Of a stretch of DNA of 64,000 bases, positions 19,433-29,851 are shown one piece after another. Made by a program: the position numbers and the translations under genes. The stretch spans positions 51,294 to 115,293 of the forward strand of contig JBHLJY010000007.1 in the NCBI GenBank assembly GCA_048887225.1, in the 5' to 3' direction. This DNA comes from Candidatus Hodarchaeota archaeon (GTDB lineage: Archaea > Asgardarchaeota > Lokiarchaeia > Sigyniarchaeales > SOKP01). Below the pieces are notes generated by a model. That model did not search any database, was not told the origin of the DNA, and was given only the letters and a program-made list of their open reading frames with translations. Position 1 is the stretch's first letter. Each line of letters opens with the position of its first letter.

Positions 19433-20236
19433 ATGAAATTTATTGATTTATCTATACCTATTATAAATCCAGATGAGATGATTTTTGATCCTCCAGCAAC
19501 TCAACCTCACATCGATTATAGCGATCACGATATGGGAGCAGAGCAAATGATGGGTTTATTTATGAAAATTAACCCAAAAGAACATTTACCTAATGGAAAA
19601 GGATGGGCTACAGAATTAATTCAACTAAGTACTCACAGTGGTACACACATGGATGCACCTTGGCATTTTTCATCTATTCAAGATAAGGAAATTGGACAAA
19701 AGGTGGCGAAGACCATTGATGAGTTCCCTTTGGAATGGGGTATTGGACCTCTTATAGTAATAGATTGCACTGATTATGAAGATGGATATGTATTGAAACC
19801 AGTAGATATTGATAAAAAATTAGATAATATTAATCATAAATTAAAAGAGGGAGATATTATGTGTGTCCATACTAATGCTTCAAAATATGCTGGCACCAAG
19901 GAATATACGAGCCGAGGGGCTGGGATTGGAAGAGAAGCAACGCTTCATATAATTAGACAAGGTGTTCATGTCGTAGGAACTGATGCCTGGAGCTGGGATG
20001 CCCCTTTTATGTATACTTCAAATAAATGGAAGAAAATGGTAAGAGCTAAAGCACCAGATCCCTCTATCATCTGGGAAGGACATTTTGCTGGTATAGAGCT
20101 TGGTTATTTTCAGATGGAAAAAATGGTAAATTTAGATAAAGTACCACCCGTTGGGGCAACAATTTATTGCTTTCCAATAAAGATTGCTCGAGCGAGTGCT
20201 GGTTGGGTTCGAGCAGTAGCAACTGTTCTAGACTAA
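19433..20236 (+). CDS. cyclase family protein (kynurenine formamidase-like)
   Basis: Contains the signature HSGTHMDAPWHF (HxGTHxDxPxH). The ATG at 19433 (MKFIDLS) is preferred over the TTG at 19409. Confidence 0.75.
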   Translation: MKFIDLSIPIINPDEMIFDPPATQPHIDYSDHDMGAEQMMGLFMKINPKEHLPNGKGWATELIQLSTHSGTHMDAPWHFSSIQDKEIGQKVAKTIDEFPLEWGIGPLIVIDCTDYEDGYVLKPVDIDKKLDNINHKLKEGDIMCVHTNASKYAGTKEYTSRGAGIGREATLHIIRQGVHVVGTDAWSWDAPFMYTSNKWKKMVRAKAPDPSIIWEGHFAGIELGYFQMEKMVNLDKVPPVGATIYCFPIKIARASAGWVRAVATVLD

Positions 20237-20312
20237 TCTTTGTAAAATAATTGAGCTTAAGAATTAATATTTATTTAAAACATATGTACTTTAATATATT
20301 GGATTCTTGATT

Positions 20313-21410
20313 ATGACGAACAATAAAAAAATTGGTATAATTGTTGATAACGATTTTGCTTCCATGAATAATCCTCCTTATCCTCATCCTATGTTTGTTT
20401 CCTATGAGAATCCTAATCGAATTAAATTTATAATTAATTATTTCGATAAAATACATCTTTTTGAAGATGAAAGAATAATTAAACTGTCTCCTATGTTAAT
20501 AAACGAAGAGATTATTGAATTAGGTCATTCAAGATATTATATTGATTCTATTAAGCGACTTTCAAATTACGGAGGCGGACTGTTAGGGGATGAAATCTTC
20601 ATTACAAATGATACGTTTTATTTAGCGAAAAAAGCTATCGGTGGAGCTATAAGTGCCGTTGAAAATGTAATTAAGCAAGAAGTAAATCAATCATTTGCTC
20701 TTATTAGACCTCCTGGGCACCATGCTTTACGAGAAATGAGTTCTGGACTTAGTATTTTTAATAATATTGCGAGTACAGTTCTTTACTTGAGAAAGATTTT
20801 AAAATATGAGAAAAAAATTGCTATAATAGATATAGACGATCACTTTGGAGATGGAATTGTTCAATATTTTTATAATGATCCGAGTGTACTCTATTTTTCT
20901 GTCCATGAGTTTGATTTTGTAGAGGGAGAATTAGGATTTCCTGATGAATTAGGCAAAGGTGAAGGACTTGGTAAAAGTATCAATTTTCCGATTCCAGTCG
21001 GTCTAAGTGATGGAGAATTCTTGGAATTTATGGACATTCTTGAACCTATTTTAAAAGAATATCAACCAGACCTTATCCTAATCGCTGCTGGATTTGATAT
21101 GTATTTCGCTGATCCAGTTGGAAATTGCAATTTAACTAGCATATCTTATTTCAGATTCGCCGAAAAAATTTTAAAAATAGCAGAAAAAGTCTGTAAAGGC
21201 AAATTATCGTTCATATTAGAAGGAGGATATGATTTAATAGGGTTGCCTTACTGCGTTCACTCTGTTATAAAAGCTCTATTAAATGAAAAATATGAACGCC
21301 CATTATTTGAAAATTTGGATTTCCAATATGAAACTAAAATGGATGAATTAATTAAAATTAAAAATTCCTTAAAGGAATTATTGAAAAATTATTGGAATTC
21401 AATAGAATAA
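20313..21410 (+). CDS. histone deacetylase / acetoin-utilisation (HDAC/AcuC) family deacetylase
   Basis: Contains RPPGHHA, DIDDHFGDG, AAGFDMY and LEGGY. The ATG at 20313 is preferred over the TTG at 20307. Confidence 0.85.
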   Translation: MTNNKKIGIIVDNDFASMNNPPYPHPMFVSYENPNRIKFIINYFDKIHLFEDERIIKLSPMLINEEIIELGHSRYYIDSIKRLSNYGGGLLGDEIFITNDTFYLAKKAIGGAISAVENVIKQEVNQSFALIRPPGHHALREMSSGLSIFNNIASTVLYLRKILKYEKKIAIIDIDDHFGDGIVQYFYNDPSVLYFSVHEFDFVEGELGFPDELGKGEGLGKSINFPIPVGLSDGEFLEFMDILEPILKEYQPDLILIAAGFDMYFADPVGNCNLTSISYFRFAEKILKIAEKVCKGKLSFILEGGYDLIGLPYCVHSVIKALLNEKYERPLFENLDFQYETKMDELIKIKNSLKELLKNYWNSIE

Positions 21411-21430
21411 TAAAAAAAATTTTTAATTTT

Positions 21431-21832
21431 TTATAAAAGGCTAGTTAATTTTAATGCGTAAGATTGTACAGCAAATAATGCATCTCTTGGTCCTACTTGA
21501 GGATTTATATAACAGATTAAGGCGCCATTACCTCCGATAGGAACAGGAGCAATAATAATATGTCCCTGACCGGTAATATTTGTCCCAATTTTTCTCTCTT
21601 CCGTGTTTTCCACGACCATGTATTTAATTCCTTGTATTGTTATACTTGTAATGCCTTTTTGACCTAGATCGGGATTATTTTGGATTAATTCATTAATAGG
21701 ACCTAAATCATTTGAAATATCCCAATTTTCGGTCTGTGTAACGAGTGAACCATCCAGACCGATTATAGCAACGCCATGAACATTTTGTTCCTCATCTAAC
21801 AGATCGTTAATTAAACTCTCTATTGTTGACAT
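21431..21832 (-). CDS. profilin-like protein (Asgard-type profilin)
   Basis: 133 aa. AIIGLDGSLVTQTENWDIS, then GITIQGIKYMVVENTEE.., then IIIAPV....ALICYINPQVGPRDALFAVQSYALKL are collinear with eukaryotic profilin blocks (AIIGHDGSVWAQS / LGGTKYMVIQGE / [25 protein letters not shown]). Confidence 0.75.
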   Translation of the reverse strand: MSTIESLINDLLDEEQNVHGVAIIGLDGSLVTQTENWDISNDLGPINELIQNNPDLGQKGITSITIQGIKYMVVENTEERKIGTNITGQGHIIIAPVPIGGNGALICYINPQVGPRDALFAVQSYALKLTSLL

Positions 21833-21932
21833 TTTTTACAAAACATTTTATTATAATCTTATTATATGTAATACAACTAAAATTTATATTTAAATACTTT
21901 TCATATAAAGTGGTGACAAAATTATTTTTAGA

Positions 21933-22472
21933 TTGATGAAGAAAGCTGTAAAAATGACACTTCGGGAGAAAAAAATGTTTGTCGTTTTTATGCTTATATA
22001 TACAATATTAATTTTTTTAACAAGTTTTTTTATTCAGATAGCAACAACTCCTAATGGTGGTGGCGGAGAACTTACAACTTTTTTTATAATAATTTTCTTT
22101 TCTACATCGCTAGTTCTTTCTCTTTTATATGCATGGATAATTGTTGCCAGAAATAGAAGAACATTTGCAACATTAAAGTGTATAGGTTGGACCAATGGAA
22201 ATATTAATAGGTTAGTTACAGGAATTATTTTATATACGACTCTTATGGGTTTTATCATTGTAATAGAAGTGTTATTTCATTATGCGGCTATAGTTACATA
22301 CCTGCAATCAGCAAATATATCAGCAAACATACCTGCAATATTAATTAGCTTAGTTCCAGTTGCTTTAACATTTGTAGTTTTTTTAGTTGTTCAATTAGTC
22401 GCAATTCTTTTAGCAAATAGGAAAGTTTTAAAGGTAAGACCAATGTTAGCACTAAAAAGGGTAGGTGAATAA
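21933..22472 (+). CDS. small ABC transporter permease (FtsX-like, 4 TM)
   Basis: 179 aa with four hydrophobic segments. It overlaps the downstream ATPase gene by 8 nt, which suggests translational coupling. Confidence 0.55.
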   Translation: MMKKAVKMTLREKKMFVVFMLIYTILIFLTSFFIQIATTPNGGGGELTTFFIIIFFSTSLVLSLLYAWIIVARNRRTFATLKCIGWTNGNINRLVTGIILYTTLMGFIIVIEVLFHYAAIVTYLQSANISANIPAILISLVPVALTFVVFLVVQLVAILLANRKVLKVRPMLALKRVGE

Positions 22473-23160
22473 AAAGATGCCAGTAGTTAAAGACGTTATA
22501 ATTGATGCTATTGATGTAAATAAAGAATATAGACGAGCTGGGGCAATAATAAGAGCGTTAGTAGATATTAATCTTACAATTAAATCGGGTGAATTTGTTA
22601 TAATTCAAGGACCAACTGGATGCGGAAAGTCAACATTACTTAATGTGTTATCAGGTTTGGATTTACCAGACTCAGGTAAAATAATTTTTGATGGTGAAAA
22701 TATAGCAAGGGCTACGGAAACACGCTTAGCTAAAATTAGACGTCAAAAAGTTGGTATGGTTTTTCAAGACTTCAATCTAATTAAAACTCTGACAGCAATG
22801 GAAAATGTCGAATCAATGTTATGGCCTACAGTATTAAGTAATAAGGAGATCGAAAATAGAGGTATTGTAGCTCTACGAGATGTAAATATGCTTGAAAGAA
22901 AAGACCATTTCCCTGTTGAAATGAGTGGAGGCGAAAAACAACGGGTAGCAATTGCAAGAGCAATAGTGGGGAAACCGAGAGTCGTCTTCGCTGACGAGCC
23001 CTCGGGTAATTTAGATCCTGATTCAGAAAATCAAATTATGGAACTTTTAAAAAATATAAATCGCGATTATGAAACAACAATTCTATGTGTTTCACATCGA
23101 GATTCCGTAGCTAAACATGGTGATAGAATAGTTAAAATGGATAACGGAAAAATTATTTAA
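22465..23160 (+). CDS. ABC transporter ATP-binding protein (LolD/MacB-type)
   Basis: Walker A GPTGCGKST, Q-loop, signature MSGGEKQRVAIARA, Walker B VVFADEPSGNLD, and H-loop VSH. Confidence 0.9.
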   Translation: MNKKMPVVKDVIIDAIDVNKEYRRAGAIIRALVDINLTIKSGEFVIIQGPTGCGKSTLLNVLSGLDLPDSGKIIFDGENIARATETRLAKIRRQKVGMVFQDFNLIKTLTAMENVESMLWPTVLSNKEIENRGIVALRDVNMLERKDHFPVEMSGGEKQRVAIARAIVGKPRVVFADEPSGNLDPDSENQIMELLKNINRDYETTILCVSHRDSVAKHGDRIVKMDNGKII

Positions 23161-23375
23161 GTTAAATATTAAAAATTTCTTTTAATTTTTTTTGAGTTTT
23201 TGTCGTTTTGATAATTATTGGACTAAAGATCATTTTAATACTAGTAATTTTGATTTAATCAAGATAAATATAAATATCTTAAGAATATAAAAATATTATA
23301 AAATTAAATAATAAGATAAATAAAGAGGTTTTAAATATCGGATTTTTACGGATTTTTGGATCGGGCATCGTTGGA

Positions 23376-23975
23376 ATGATATTAATGATTCCAATAGCTT
23401 ATATTTGTTTTGTTTCATTTGATACGCTAAGCTTAATTACTGGCGGTTTAATTCAAAATATACTTGGGTTGGTAAGTGGTTATGGAGAAATTGTTATGTT
23501 TATTTTCGGTGCGTTCTTAGGAGTAGGTTTAGTTTGTATATTTCCGATTCATTGGGCTCTTATAAATCATCCTGATAATATATTGTTATTATTAGCACTT
23601 GTACTTCCTTGGATTATTACTTGCTCTATAGCTTCGTTTTTGTTTGCTCATAGTCCCCGAGGAGGTATACATACGAGTTTAGCTATTGGACTTGGCTATT
23701 TCATTCTGATGACGATTCCTTACCTTCTATTCTCGTTTTTTTTAAGTCAAGCTGGTCTTGCAGGAGTTAGTATAATTGATGGTATCACAATAGGATTAAC
23801 TGGGATGCCATGGGTACTTTCAGCTCTTACTGCTACAATGGAAGGAGCTGGCATTGGAGCAGTTTTTGGAGCGCTTGTTGGTAGTTTTAAATATAAACCA
23901 GAAGGAAAAGAAAAAAAGAAGTCAAAAAAATCTAAAAAAGAGTTAGAATCCATAGTGGAGCCCACTTTTGATTAA
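23376..23975 (+). CDS. integral membrane protein with Lys-rich C-terminal tail
   Basis: 199 aa with about 5 TM segments. It ends in KPEGKEKKKSKKSKKE. Confidence 0.55.
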   Translation: MILMIPIAYICFVSFDTLSLITGGLIQNILGLVSGYGEIVMFIFGAFLGVGLVCIFPIHWALINHPDNILLLLALVLPWIITCSIASFLFAHSPRGGIHTSLAIGLGYFILMTIPYLLFSFFLSQAGLAGVSIIDGITIGLTGMPWVLSALTATMEGAGIGAVFGALVGSFKYKPEGKEKKKSKKSKKELESIVEPTFD

Positions 23976-24190
23976 TAATTTAGTATAACTGCTACAACCA
24001 AATTTATTGATGAATATTACACCAATTATGGAGAAAAACTAATTCTAGGAAATGACTTCTTACTAATTGTGGAGCTAAAAGAAAGTAATTTGTTTATCTT
24101 AAGAAAAGTTATTAAATTTTTAAATTTTAAAAATAAATATATTTTATATAAGAAAAATAGGTATAAAAATTAAGTTAGAGATGGCATATT

Positions 24191-25216
24191 ATGCCTAAGG
24201 AAATTAGAGGTATTATCGTAAGTCGATTAGTTGTTTTAATATCTATAATAGTGCTTCCAATAATTATATTTTTGATTTTTATTTTTGCGGATTTTAAACT
24301 TTGGTTTTCTGACAATCTGGCTTTAAATTTTTGGATAATAAAAATTCTCTGTCCTTTAATATTTAGCATATCATGGATTTTTTTTTTAATTCTATTTTCA
24401 ACAAGATTTTCAATAGCTATTGAATCTATGGATAAAACCGTTGCGGTTGTTCCTATTAGATTGAAACTATTTTTTGGAGCAAATGCGCTCTTTATTCTTT
24501 TTATATTTGTGTTTCCAATAATCACACCAATAATATCTGTTTTAAGTTTCTGCAGTATAGCTTGGAGGTTAACTTTTAGAAAGGAAGCATGGGAGGAACA
24601 AAAAACTCCCATGTTCACAAAGATTTTAATGGTAATTTTTTCAGTACTGCCAATCATTTGTTCAATAATCATATTACCACAATATTTAATTTTAGCACTC
24701 TTCTTATGGGAGGATTTATGGGTTCCTCTATTGCCTTATCTTTTTAAAATTTCATACGCAATATATACAGCATTGGCAATTGGTTCATTATTTTTCTTGA
24801 TTGCAAATAGAGGTATTAGTGAATATGAACAAATCTTTGCTGAGCCTAAATCAGAAGCAACAATTTGGTATATTAGAATTCTTGAACTATTTTTATTTAT
24901 TTTCTTTTTGTTTTTAGAAGGATTTTTTACTGGATTTCAAAGATTTGAAATCATTGATTTATTCTATTATAGCGGTTTTTTCATTGGAATCATCGTAGCT
25001 TTTATTAATTTTATTAACGGTAAAAGGAAAGACGTTAGTTTTAAAAGTTATTTTTTCGGGTATCTTTTAGCAGGAGTTTTTATGGGAGCAAATCTGCTTA
25101 TATTTAATGCCGAATTATCATTTTGGATTCAAATGTGGAGTTTGATAATTTCTGCTGTTTTATTCATTTTTATCTTCTTTTTTACGTTTATACGAGTAGA
25201 AGAATCTGAATTTTAG
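24191..25216 (+). CDS. polytopic integral membrane protein
   Basis: 341 aa with at least 8 hydrophobic segments. No motif recognised. Confidence 0.6.
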   Translation: MPKEIRGIIVSRLVVLISIIVLPIIIFLIFIFADFKLWFSDNLALNFWIIKILCPLIFSISWIFFLILFSTRFSIAIESMDKTVAVVPIRLKLFFGANALFILFIFVFPIITPIISVLSFCSIAWRLTFRKEAWEEQKTPMFTKILMVIFSVLPIICSIIILPQYLILALFLWEDLWVPLLPYLFKISYAIYTALAIGSLFFLIANRGISEYEQIFAEPKSEATIWYIRILELFLFIFFLFLEGFFTGFQRFEIIDLFYYSGFFIGIIVAFINFINGKRKDVSFKSYFFGYLLAGVFMGANLLIFNAELSFWIQMWSLIISAVLFIFIFFFTFIRVEESEF

Positions 25217-25252
25217 TACTAATAATTAATAATTCTTTTTTTTTAAGCTTTT

Positions 25253-25287
25253 ATCTTTCTAATCAATAATTAGAAAGATTTATTTTT
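25253..25287 (+). terminator. hairpin plus T-run downstream of the membrane gene
   Basis: A perfect 11 bp inverted repeat, atctttctaat / attagaaagat, has a 5 nt loop and is followed by ttatttttt. A T9 run also lies at about 25236..25244. Confidence 0.3.
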
Positions 25288-25505
25288 TATATTTAGAAGA
25301 GAGAGGTGACCACTTTAACTATGGTAAATTTTTTCTTTAAAATATAATTTAAGTGAAAAATTGAGATTTATATTAATAATTGAACTATATATAGTTAAGC
25401 TATTAACTATAATTCAAAGAATTTAAAGATTCTACTGCAATCGAACAATAATTATTATATAGTTGATTTAAAATTATAAATTTAAGAATATTTATTTTTT
25501 AAAAC

Positions 25506-27713
25506 TTGTTTATAAGAAAAGATGTGATGAAAGAAATGAATTTTAAGGCTTTAATGATTATTGCATTTTTCGTTGTTTCGATGATTTCAATTCCAACAAT
25601 GGTTTTTGGACAAGAAGATGAAGACTCTGATGAAGAAGATCAGGCTGGTAATTTTAAGGATTTCCGTGGAGGTTTTGGTGGAATTTTTAGCGAGAACATG
25701 GGTTATGGTGGAGATTTAATTGGGAGATTGTTTGAAATTCTTCTTCTCGACGGAGTAGATCTTGAAGATGATGAAGAAGGAGATGGAATTTATGTATTAT
25801 CTGCCAGTGATACAGAAACTTATACGGGCGAATATGATTTTGCAAAGGAAGGAGATACTGAGGAGATCCATTATTTACCATTTGTAGACTATTTAAGTCA
25901 TAACGAAACCTTCGGGACACAAAAATGGCATTCTCCTGACGGAATAAATGATTATAATGAAACTCATATAGACGGATTTGCCTATTGCAGAATTGAAAAA
26001 TCGGGAGGATTCGATTATGATTTACTCGTTGGTGCTGCTCTCACTCTTATTATCTGGGACTATGATGGATCCTTTATTGAGGCTGCTCAAAAAGTGCTTT
26101 CTTGGGCAGAAAAATTCGATGAAGATGAGGATGATCCAGAAGTAATTGCTGAGGGAATTGAAGTATTGACATGGCTCTTAGTTCATATAAATGATATTTT
26201 TACTGGTGATGAATTATTTGTATTTAATCCAATTGTTTGGCAACAATTAGATATAACACCTTGGAATAGCAGTTTAGGGAAACCATCCGATTTCAATATT
26301 ACTAAAACTTGGTATGATACTGGTGATGATAATGAAATTGATGGTGATGACATAAAAATCAAAGATAAAACTTATCCTCCTATTGATGGTCAGGATATTT
26401 TAGATGATTGGTTAGCTAATGCAACTGGTCCATTAAGAGATAGTTACATGCAGTGGTTATTGAATGATACTATTCCTGCTGAGGATGTGATAGAAACTAT
26501 CTGGACTCAATTTTCATTTGATATTGCTCAATTATGGATGAAAGAGTTCTACATTGAAATAGATATGAGCAAAGTAGATGAAATTAACGACGATGATGAT
26601 GTTGAGGAAGTTTTTGGTGGATGTGAAATCGAATTTTTTCTCTTCACACATCATTTAGCTGGCGTTTTTCTATATAATGATGATAATGAGGATGAAAAAA
26701 TTACGGTTGCATATGATTATCTCAGAAACGAATCCGCAGATTTAGGGCCTGATGGGAAGCATCCAATAATATATACGAATGGAACAGCAGCAATGATACC
26801 CACCTCTAACGAAGTTACCCATCAATTAATATTAGGAACTGTCGGGGGGTTTAGTTTTGATGAACCAGATGTTAAGGATGATACTGTAAAATGGGGATTA
26901 AGCTTGAGCAATGCAAATGTTTCGGCTGTACCAGTGGGTGTCGATCTAAATTCTTATCTTAATGCACCTCAGGAACAACTTGATACAATATTTTTTGGTT
27001 TAGAATTTGAAACCGATATGGAAGATCCTGATGATGAAGGTGAAATAGAAGCAGAAGGAAAATTAAAACTAGATACTTACTGGGCTGAATGGAATGATGG
27101 GAATGGCCCTAATAACCAAGATGTCGAGCAATATGCATTAGATATGGCAATCATCTATGTATCAACCGTTTTACACTTTGAACTAGACATGGATAAGGAT
27201 GATGAACCTGATGATCCTGATGATGAGTATTTGGATGAACAAGATTACTCCTCAACAACACATACTTTAAAAGTTGGAGATTATATTGAAGAAGATGCTG
27301 AGGATAAGCTTGATTTTGTCGACATTGCTGGTCCATATTATTCTCTTATCAATAGTAGTGGGAGTAATATTATTGATCAAGCAACTACAAGTATTATCCC
27401 TGTTGCATTATGGGAAGGAGAACACGTTTCGCATGGTAAATATGCAGGTGAAGAAGAAACACCCGAGGATGAAAATTCTAGTGATATTGATACTGTAATA
27501 AATGCTAAATGGAGTATCGTTCTCTATGCTGTTTGTTATCCTGGCTTTAATGGTACAGGTATGGGTATCTTGCATGACCCTATTTTCAATGTTTACATGG
27601 TTTTTACACCTGAAACTGCTGGTTTCTGGGCTTTAATTCTTTTAATAGCTGGCATCGGATTGGCAGGAGTAGCAACGATTTTAATTAAAAGAAGAAAGGA
27701 TAGGAAATTCTAA
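25506..27713 (+). CDS. large, highly acidic secreted/cell-surface protein with N-terminal signal sequence and C-terminal TM anchor
   Basis: 735 aa. The N-terminal hydrophobic signal is ALMIIAFFVVSMISIPTMVFGQ. The body is very D/E-rich with many N-x-S/T sequons. The C-terminal TM is FWALILLIAGIGLAGVATILI followed by KRRKDRKF. Alternative starts are GTG 25524 and ATG 25527. Confidence 0.7.
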   Translation: MFIRKDVMKEMNFKALMIIAFFVVSMISIPTMVFGQEDEDSDEEDQAGNFKDFRGGFGGIFSENMGYGGDLIGRLFEILLLDGVDLEDDEEGDGIYVLSASDTETYTGEYDFAKEGDTEEIHYLPFVDYLSHNETFGTQKWHSPDGINDYNETHIDGFAYCRIEKSGGFDYDLLVGAALTLIIWDYDGSFIEAAQKVLSWAEKFDEDEDDPEVIAEGIEVLTWLLVHINDIFTGDELFVFNPIVWQQLDITPWNSSLGKPSDFNITKTWYDTGDDNEIDGDDIKIKDKTYPPIDGQDILDDWLANATGPLRDSYMQWLLNDTIPAEDVIETIWTQFSFDIAQLWMKEFYIEIDMSKVDEINDDDDVEEVFGGCEIEFFLFTHHLAGVFLYNDDNEDEKITVAYDYLRNESADLGPDGKHPIIYTNGTAAMIPTSNEVTHQLILGTVGGFSFDEPDVKDDTVKWGLSLSNANVSAVPVGVDLNSYLNAPQEQLDTIFFGLEFETDMEDPDDEGEIEAEGKLKLDTYWAEWNDGNGPNNQDVEQYALDMAIIYVSTVLHFELDMDKDDEPDDPDDEYLDEQDYSSTTHTLKVGDYIEEDAEDKLDFVDIAGPYYSLINSSGSNIIDQATTSIIPVALWEGEHVSHGKYAGEEETPEDENSSDIDTVINAKWSIVLYAVCYPGFNGTGMGILHDPIFNVYMVFTPETAGFWALILLIAGIGLAGVATILIKRRKDRKF

Positions 27714-27984
27714 ATCTAATACAATATTTTTTTAAATTTTTTTTTAATTTTAATTTTTAACTTAAGAATTCTACTCTATTATTAATTATATTGTTTTTTA
27801 ATGTAAATAAAAACCTATTTTCAAGAGATTTATCATTAGGAACAATTTTAAGTGTTTTACAACAAAGACTTGCGATATATATTTAAATTTTATAAAATAT
27901 TTATACAAAAAATACTTAAATTTTTGATAATAAAAGACTTTTTTTAAAGAACTTAGAAATAATTATTGAAGAGGTTTCTCAAAT

Positions 27985-29775
27985 ATGAGTCCAATTAAAA
28001 TGGACGATACTTATCAAGTAAATGAGAACAAGCGATGGTTTCAAAAATGGTGGCCAGAAAATGTGCCGAAAAATGTAACTTTTAAAGAAATGACAATGAA
28101 TGATATGTTAGACGAACAAGTAGAAAAATATAGGCGCGATAATTTTATCTATTTTTTAGAAACTTGGATGACCTATGGAGAATTTCATCAATATGTTTTA
28201 GCATTGGCTACGGCTCTGGCTAATTTAGGTGTTAAAAAAGGTGATGTTGTTGCATTTCATTTACCAAATTGCTTCCAATATATTATTAGTTATTTTGCCA
28301 CAACAAGAATAGGTGCTATTTCTTCTGGTATAAATCCTACATATCAACCTTTGGAAATTCTTCATCAATTAGACATTATTAAACCTAAAGTTTTAATCGT
28401 GTTAGATGCATTGTACGAAAATTACATCATGCCAATAATAGCCAAATCAAGAATAGAAAAACTAATTTACACTAATGTTGCGGATATGGCGCATGGATTA
28501 GGGATTAAAAGAGCTCTCGGAAAACTTTTAAAAAAGATACCTAAAGGAAAAGTAGATCGCCCTGGGGCAATTAACTTTATGGATCTCTTAGATACTATAC
28601 CAAACGTTCCTAAAGTGGATATAGACGTTAAAACTCATCCTGTAACTTACATAATGACGGGAGGGACGACTGGATTACCAAAAGCAGCAGTAATAACGCA
28701 TTTTAATGCTGTATCGAACGCTAAACAATGCATGTATTGGTTAGGAGGAGAAAAACCTGGTATTGGAAGTGTAGGGATACTGCCTTTATTCCACAGCTTT
28801 GCTCATACTGTAATTATGAATGCCTCTATTGCGTTTGGAGGTTGGATCATGCTATTTCCAAGACCACCAACAGTAGAAGATTTATGCAAACTTATAGAAG
28901 AGATTCCTTGTCCAGAAGGTTTAGTGTATGCGGGAGCAGAAATTTTATTCAAAAATTTAGCAGAATTTAGAGCCATTAAAAAGTATCCAAAAGTTATGGG
29001 AAAATTAATATTATGCGTATCTGGGGCAGGACCACTACACAGACCAGTTCGAGATGCGTTTATCAAAAATACTGGAGGAAATATTGTTGAAGGGTATGGA
29101 TTGACCGAGACATCGCCCGTTGTGAGTGCAGGAAATCTGTTCAGTGAGAGCCCAATTGGCGTAATCGGTATGCCTGTCCCAGGAACTAAATGGGGTATCT
29201 GGCCCATAGAGGACTTTTCTAAAGGTCCAATTTGCTTAGGCAACCCAGACGATACAAATTTCAGTGAGGAGCACTCAGGTGAGATATGTGTTTATGGTCC
29301 ACAAGTAATGTTAGAATACTTAAACGAGCCCAAAGAAACTGCTAAAACCATCAAAGAATATAAGGGGCAACTATGGCTTTTAACTGGAGATATCGGATTT
29401 ATGAATGAAGATGGGACAATCGAAATTAGAGACCGAAAGAAACAACTTATTAAATATAAAGGTTATTCTGTGTATCCCAAAGAAGTAGAGGAGCTTCTAA
29501 TGAAGCATCCAGAAATTTCTGAGGCTGCTGTAGCTGGTCTACCGCATGAAGAATTTGGAGAGGCTGTAAAAGCTTGGGTTGAAGTTATTTCAGGCTCTAT
29601 GTTAACCCCTGATGATATTAAAGCTTGGGCTGAACAGAACATGACACATTATAAAAGGCCACTTTACATCGAAATACTTGAAGAGGTTCCTAAAAATTTG
29701 ATAGGAAAAGTTCAAAGAAGGATTTTACAAATTAATGACCCTCTTTGGAGAGCAAAGTATGGAGATACTCAGTAA
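27985..29775 (+). CDS. AMP-dependent acyl-CoA synthetase (long/medium-chain fatty acid-CoA ligase family)
   Basis: 596 aa. AMP-binding motif YIMTGGTTGLPKAA, plus EGYGLTETS, TGDIGFMNEDG, DRKKQLIKYKG. Confidence 0.85.
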   Translation: MSPIKMDDTYQVNENKRWFQKWWPENVPKNVTFKEMTMNDMLDEQVEKYRRDNFIYFLETWMTYGEFHQYVLALATALANLGVKKGDVVAFHLPNCFQYIISYFATTRIGAISSGINPTYQPLEILHQLDIIKPKVLIVLDALYENYIMPIIAKSRIEKLIYTNVADMAHGLGIKRALGKLLKKIPKGKVDRPGAINFMDLLDTIPNVPKVDIDVKTHPVTYIMTGGTTGLPKAAVITHFNAVSNAKQCMYWLGGEKPGIGSVGILPLFHSFAHTVIMNASIAFGGWIMLFPRPPTVEDLCKLIEEIPCPEGLVYAGAEILFKNLAEFRAIKKYPKVMGKLILCVSGAGPLHRPVRDAFIKNTGGNIVEGYGLTETSPVVSAGNLFSESPIGVIGMPVPGTKWGIWPIEDFSKGPICLGNPDDTNFSEEHSGEICVYGPQVMLEYLNEPKETAKTIKEYKGQLWLLTGDIGFMNEDGTIEIRDRKKQLIKYKGYSVYPKEVEELLMKHPEISEAAVAGLPHEEFGEAVKAWVEVISGSMLTPDDIKAWAEQNMTHYKRPLYIEILEEVPKNLIGKVQRRILQINDPLWRAKYGDTQ

Positions 29776-29851
29776 AGTTGTATTATAATTATTATTTTAT
29801 TCAAGTTTTATATTTTCTTTATTTCATAAGAGTTAAATCAATTATTAAAAA

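Noticed and set aside
24175-24672. 165-aa minus-strand ORF overlapping the start of the 341-aa membrane gene.
   Set aside because: It is fully contained in the longer + strand ORF, which continues the co-directional gene series. The Ile/Lys-rich composition is what antisense translation of an AT-rich membrane gene gives.
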